Shown: positions 60,189 through 64,000 of the stretch, piece by piece | How positions within the stretch are numbered: the stretch's first letter is position 1 | Layout of the letters: every line of letters starts with the position of its first letter | DNA from: Opitutales bacterium | Lineage (GTDB): Bacteria; Verrucomicrobiota; Verrucomicrobiia; Opitutales; JABSRG01 | NCBI GenBank assembly: GCA_049599475.1 | Contig: JBMYOQ010000003.1 | Coordinates: 32,001-96,000 of the forward strand | Direction: 5' to 3' | Length of the DNA: 64,000 nt | Notes under the pieces: model-generated | Seen by the model: the letters and a program-made list of their open reading frames with translations, nothing else | Database searches by the model: none | What the model was told of the DNA's origin: nothing | Program-made: the position numbers and the translations under genes

Positions 60189-61856
60189 ATGATTTGGTCG
60201 ACATTTCGTCGCATGTCGTTGGGCAATACTATCAATAGCCATACTGTAGAGCGCGTACTCCTGATAGATGATGATAAGTTCTCCCTACAGGTCATGAAGA
60301 TGACCTTGGAAAAGGCCGGGCTTTCCGTCGTGACTTCCTCAGACCCAATCGCCGCTCTAGAAATCCTCAAAAGCAACCCCAAGAGTCACTTTGCCTGCAT
60401 CATAACAGACTACCAGATGCCTGGCATTGACGGCATCGAAGTGGTTCGAGAGGCCAAGGAATTTGATTCCTGTCTGGGCACCATAATGATTACCGCGATT
60501 GAAGAGCAGGAGATCGTTAAAGAATCCTATCGTAGCGGTGCCCTCGATTTCCTCACAAAGCCGGTAAATCCGCGAGATCTAGTTAAGATCGCGCGCGACA
60601 CGGTGAAACTCACTTTCCAAACCCGCAAGGAGACAGAGACGGTCGCAGGTGTAGAGGAAGCCGGCCGCGAAGGCAGCGGTATCAGTGCTCCCCTGCCCCA
60701 AAGCCTAAAAGACAATTTAGAAATCGTATTCCGTCCCCGACACGCAGTCGGCGGAGACTTCATAATGGGATACGAGAAAAACGATTACCAGTTTGGCCTA
60801 CTCCTTGGCGACGTATCCGGGCACACCATTAAATCCGCCCTCCTCTCATCCTACTTCCAGGGCTTCATTCAAGGACAGACTAGTTCGGATTCCAATTTCT
60901 TACACACCCTAGCCAAGTTCAACCAACTCCTTTTTGAGAACAACGAATCTTCGGAGGGGAATCGCAGCTCCCTTTCACTCTGTCACCTTGCAATCAATAA
61001 GGATGCTCGAGCCGTCGAGATGACAAACTGCGGATTCAGCGCACCGATCGCGGTCGATCTTCAGGGCAATGTCTCAGACTGGCCCGAAGGCACATTCGCA
61101 ATTGGCTGGTTCGACGATATCGATCTGTGTGCTGAGGAAAAAATCACTCATTCCCTAGGCTACTTCTACGCAGCGACAGACGGTCTTGAGGATCACGCAA
61201 ACGACATTGGTGTAAATGCGTGGAGCCTATTTCATTTCTTAACGACCAAGAAAGAAGACACAAAATCGACAGAGCGTATTCTCGCGAATTCACGCGACGA
61301 CATTTTGGCAGTGAGATACAGCCTGAAAACGGCCGACGACATTCCTAGCGGCGGCCTTCCGGAAGTCATCTTTCACAATACTTATGCTGGGGCGGCCTAC
61401 AAAGAGGTAGACCAGATCCAAAAAAACTTCGTCGAGAGTATGACACTCGCGTTGAGCAGCAAGTTTGAGTCCCGCAAACACGACATCCTTCTGTGCATGC
61501 GCGAAGGCATCATCAACGCCCTAAAGCACGGATGCCAGGGGTCCAACAGTCACCGGGCGACTTTGACGGCATTCTATAAGGATGAGGAAAACACCCTCGG
61601 CATTATCATTTCCGACCCTGGTGACGGGCACTCATTTAGTGTCTCCGACCGAAAAGCCGACCTGGAGACCGACATGCCAGGAGCCAAGCACCTGGGCTTG
61701 GTCATGATTAATGAGCTTCCCGACGAGACTCAAAGCGACCGCAACGGCTCCTACGTGAGGATGCTTTTCAAGCTCAAAGACGAGAGTTCGCAGTCTATGT
61801 CGCAATTCCTTCCACCTTCCTTCTTCGGAAAAATCGAATCTCTCAGCACATCTTAA
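60189..61856 (+). CDS. REC + PP2C (SpoIIE) + RsbW-like HATPase fusion (HsbR-like architecture)
   Basis: LIDDD, TDYQMP..DG, KP; GGDF, GDVSGH, TDGL, DD; EGIINALKHG, SDPGDG, LGL.MI. Start may be 60213. Confidence 0.85.
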   Translation: MIWSTFRRMSLGNTINSHTVERVLLIDDDKFSLQVMKMTLEKAGLSVVTSSDPIAALEILKSNPKSHFACIITDYQMPGIDGIEVVREAKEFDSCLGTIMITAIEEQEIVKESYRSGALDFLTKPVNPRDLVKIARDTVKLTFQTRKETETVAGVEEAGREGSGISAPLPQSLKDNLEIVFRPRHAVGGDFIMGYEKNDYQFGLLLGDVSGHTIKSALLSSYFQGFIQGQTSSDSNFLHTLAKFNQLLFENNESSEGNRSSLSLCHLAINKDARAVEMTNCGFSAPIAVDLQGNVSDWPEGTFAIGWFDDIDLCAEEKITHSLGYFYAATDGLEDHANDIGVNAWSLFHFLTTKKEDTKSTERILANSRDDILAVRYSLKTADDIPSGGLPEVIFHNTYAGAAYKEVDQIQKNFVESMTLALSSKFESRKHDILLCMREGIINALKHGCQGSNSHRATLTAFYKDEENTLGIIISDPGDGHSFSVSDRKADLETDMPGAKHLGLVMINELPDETQSDRNGSYVRMLFKLKDESSQSMSQFLPPSFFGKIESLSTS

Positions 61857-61904
61857 TTCCAGCTTCAAGAATTCATATCGCGAACCGAATTTCATTTCAA
61901 TACC

Positions 61905-62393
61905 ATGTCTGAACGCCAACTAGTTACCTTTTACGTCGGAGGAGAATTCTTCGGAATCGACATTCTTTTAGTGAAGGAGATCAACCGAAAGCTCCAGCTT
62001 ACTCCCGTTGACCGCGTCGCGCCCTACATCGCGGGCTTGATCAATCTACGCGGCCAAATCGTGACCATCGTAGAGCTTGCCAAACGGCTCAATATCCAGA
62101 GCGACACTACCCCAGAGAATTGCATCATTCTGAAAACCAGCAATGAGGTCGACCGGAGGCAAATTGCAGTCGACGGCATCAGCGAAGCGCCCGTCGACCT
62201 TATGGGACTCCTGGTAGATGAAATTGGAGACGTTATCACAGTCGACACCGATAATTTAGAGGACCCGCCTAGAGACAGTGCTTCCGAAGAAAACCCCTTC
62301 TTTGAAAAGGTAGCTCAGCTCGATGGCTCGATCATCATTATACTCAATCTTCAGAACGTCCTTTCCGCCGAACTTTCAACCGCTGCAGCATAA
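61905..62393 (+). CDS. cheW: Chemotaxis coupling protein CheW
   Basis: VTF.VG.E.FGIDI..VKEI, GLINLRGQIVTI, GLLVDEIGDV. Confidence 0.93.
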   Translation: MSERQLVTFYVGGEFFGIDILLVKEINRKLQLTPVDRVAPYIAGLINLRGQIVTIVELAKRLNIQSDTTPENCIILKTSNEVDRRQIAVDGISEAPVDLMGLLVDEIGDVITVDTDNLEDPPRDSASEENPFFEKVAQLDGSIIIILNLQNVLSAELSTAAA

Positions 62394-62406
62394 GTTACAA
62401 CACATC

Positions 62407-62715
62407 ATGAAAAAGGAATATTCCGACAATACCCTAACGATTCAGATGGAAGAAAACCTAGTGTCCTCTGTATCCAGCAACATCCTACAGACTTGGAAAG
62501 AGTGGCTAGCCGAGCTTTCTGAGACCCCCGATATCGTTATCGATATCGAGAAATGTGAGATTATTGATTCCGAAGGGATCAATCTTATCATCGGTCTCTA
62601 CCGCGAGTGCACCAGCAACAGTCGCAATTTCCAAGTGACCAACCCTTCGGCTGAGAATCTACGCCTTTTCGGCATCTTAAAACTCTCCCGAATATTCGGC
62701 CTTCAGCCTGCCTAA
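62407..62715 (+). CDS. STAS-domain anti-anti-sigma factor
   Basis: IVIDIEKCEIIDSEGINLII; ATG at 62407. Confidence 0.85.
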   Translation: MKKEYSDNTLTIQMEENLVSSVSSNILQTWKEWLAELSETPDIVIDIEKCEIIDSEGINLIIGLYRECTSNSRNFQVTNPSAENLRLFGILKLSRIFGLQPA

Positions 62716-62757
62716 GCTGAACGTTTCCGAAGCCTCAATTTAATTACCCTGCCACCT

Positions 62758-64000
62758 ATGGATGATGAACTGCTAGAATTGTTCGTCCAGGAATCCGAAG
62801 AACACCTGGACAATCTCGAACCTGCCCTACTCGCCCTTGAAAAGGACCACAGCGACGAAGCTGTAATTAATGAAATTTTCAGAGCTGTTCATAGTATTAA
62901 AGGTGCATCAGGATTCTTCGGTCTTGATCGCATTTCACAGATGGCTCACATCATGGAGAACCTGATGTCGCAGGTCCGTGAGCATGTCATGGAAGTCGAC
63001 AATGCTATGGTCGAAGCCTTACTCAAAGGCACCGACCGACTCCGTATGATGTTGGATAATTGCGGGGAGAGCAATGAGATCGACATCACCACGGAAGTCG
63101 ATGTCATCAAACAAATTTTGGAGAATCACGGTGACTCCTCTGCAGCGGCCGCCGTAGATTCAGAGCAAGAGTCCGACAAGGATCCGAGCGATATAGAAGG
63201 ATTCAGACCGGACCCATATGTATTGATGAATGGCCTACGTCACGGCCACAATTACTATGTCGTCAAGTTGAACCTTATTCGCGACGTTCATGCTCACCAA
63301 CGCAAGCCGTTCGACTTTTTCAAAGAGATCGAAGATTGCGGAGAATTCATTGATTCGCGCACAGATATTTCCGGAATCACCGGCCTGGATGATGCCGGAG
63401 CCGCCGATCCGACTTTCAGCTTCTTTTTCTCCACGGTGATGGTCCCAGACCTGGCAAAAGAGATTTTCGATGTCCCACCAGAGCAGGTGTGTCAGATATC
63501 GGATGATACAATAAAGAAGTATATTGATGCCTATGGGGCCAGAGAATCTGAAGAGGGAGCCGCGGCAGAAGCCGAAAGTGCATCGACAGAAGTCGTCGAC
63601 GACGCGGAATCTGAGAAGGTAGATGTCGAATCCCTGAAAGACGTCACCACACCACCTTTCCCCAAGCGGACACCCGAGGAGAAATCTGAGGAACCCGCTA
63701 AGGAAACAAAGCCCCAGCCGAAGGCCAAAGAGCCCGAGAAACCAGCACCCGCCAAGAGCGGACCGCCCGCGAAAGGACCCGCACGAAAAGTAGAAGAGAC
63801 GATTCGTGTGTCTGTTACAGTGCTGGACGATCTCATGAATTTAGCAGGAGAAATGGTCCTCAGCCGAAACCAGCTGGTTCGGCTAGCCGAGGAAAATAAA
63901 AACCAGAATCCTGGCCTGAATAAAGCAGTCCACAGCATCAGCTACATCACTTCCGACCTACAAGAGAAGGTCATGCAAACACGCCTACAACCTGTAGGGA
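62758..64000 (+). CDS. cheA: Chemotaxis histidine kinase CheA (5' part; runs off the window, absent from the ORF track)
   Basis: My translation from the ATG at 62758: MDDELLELFVQESEEHL...IFRAVHSIKGASGF (Hpt); in-frame ETIRVSVTVLDDLMNLAGEMVLSRNQL (dimerisation domain) near 63796-63877. Confidence 0.93.
   Translation, partial: MDDELLELFVQESEEHLDNLEPALLALEKDHSDEAVINEIFRAVHSIKGASGFFGLDRISQMAHIMENLMSQVREHVMEVDNAMVEALLKGTDRLRMMLDNCGESNEIDITTEVDVIKQILENHGDSSAAAAVDSEQESDKDPSDIEGFRPDPYVLMNGLRHGHNYYVVKLNLIRDVHAHQRKPFDFFKEIEDCGEFIDSRTDISGITGLDDAGAADPTFSFFFSTVMVPDLAKEIFDVPPEQVCQISDDTIKKYIDAYGARESEEGAAAEAESASTEVVDDAESEKVDVESLKDVTTPPFPKRTPEEKSEEPAKETKPQPKAKEPEKPAPAKSGPPAKGPARKVEETIRVSVTVLDDLMNLAGEMVLSRNQLVRLAEENKNQNPGLNKAVHSISYITSDLQEKVMQTRLQPVG

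Noticed and set aside
63531..63938. 135-aa minus-strand ORF in the ORF track
   Set aside because: Antisense shadow of cheA, which the track missed because it has no stop within the window.

Overview
Bacterial chromosomal window, most likely from a PVC-superphylum organism (Verrucomicrobiota, Opitutales-like). This assignment is an inference from the DUF1549/DUF1553 + DUF1501 pair, PmoA/DUF6807 proteins, sulfatases and start codons lacking a Shine-Dalgarno motif. Positions ~1-22,800 look accessory. They hold a hipBA-type toxin-antitoxin pair with duplicated operators, a minus-strand mannose-glycan operon (internally deleted GH99-like remnant, GH38 alpha-mannosidase, NRAMP-fold transporter, PMI-like cupin, ~1,600-aa FG-GAP/beta-helix/Ig/CBM protein), two S1 sulfatases, and two convergent Gfo/Idh/MocA + PmoA/DUF6807 (+ThuA) modules. 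Positions ~23,200-64,000 are mostly housekeeping and signalling genes: surE, priA, fur, efp, pilD, aroE, rluA-family, yicC, trpB, dcd, ugd, ndk, HU, DAHP synthase, mdh, a hybrid kinase, two partner-switching modules, cheW and a truncated cheA. The strongest leads are: (i) an ExbB/MotA-like + ExbD/MotB-like gene pair whose second subunit carries a long coiled coil and a degenerate trypsin-like head; (ii) a candidate sigma54-dependent ~115-nt sRNA with repeated UUGGG motifs upstream of efp; (iii) a signal-peptide/coiled-coil ClpP with an apparently intact triad; (iv) triply nested domains in the giant glycan protein; (v) a GTAG-type REP/REPIN family including a collapsed 74-bp palindrome; (vi) EF-P with a P-P-N-L loop; (vii) a P450 with Asn at the catalytic Thr position. 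No rRNA, tRNA, CRISPR array, integrase or transposase was recognised. All family calls are by-eye motif recognition; no database search was run.
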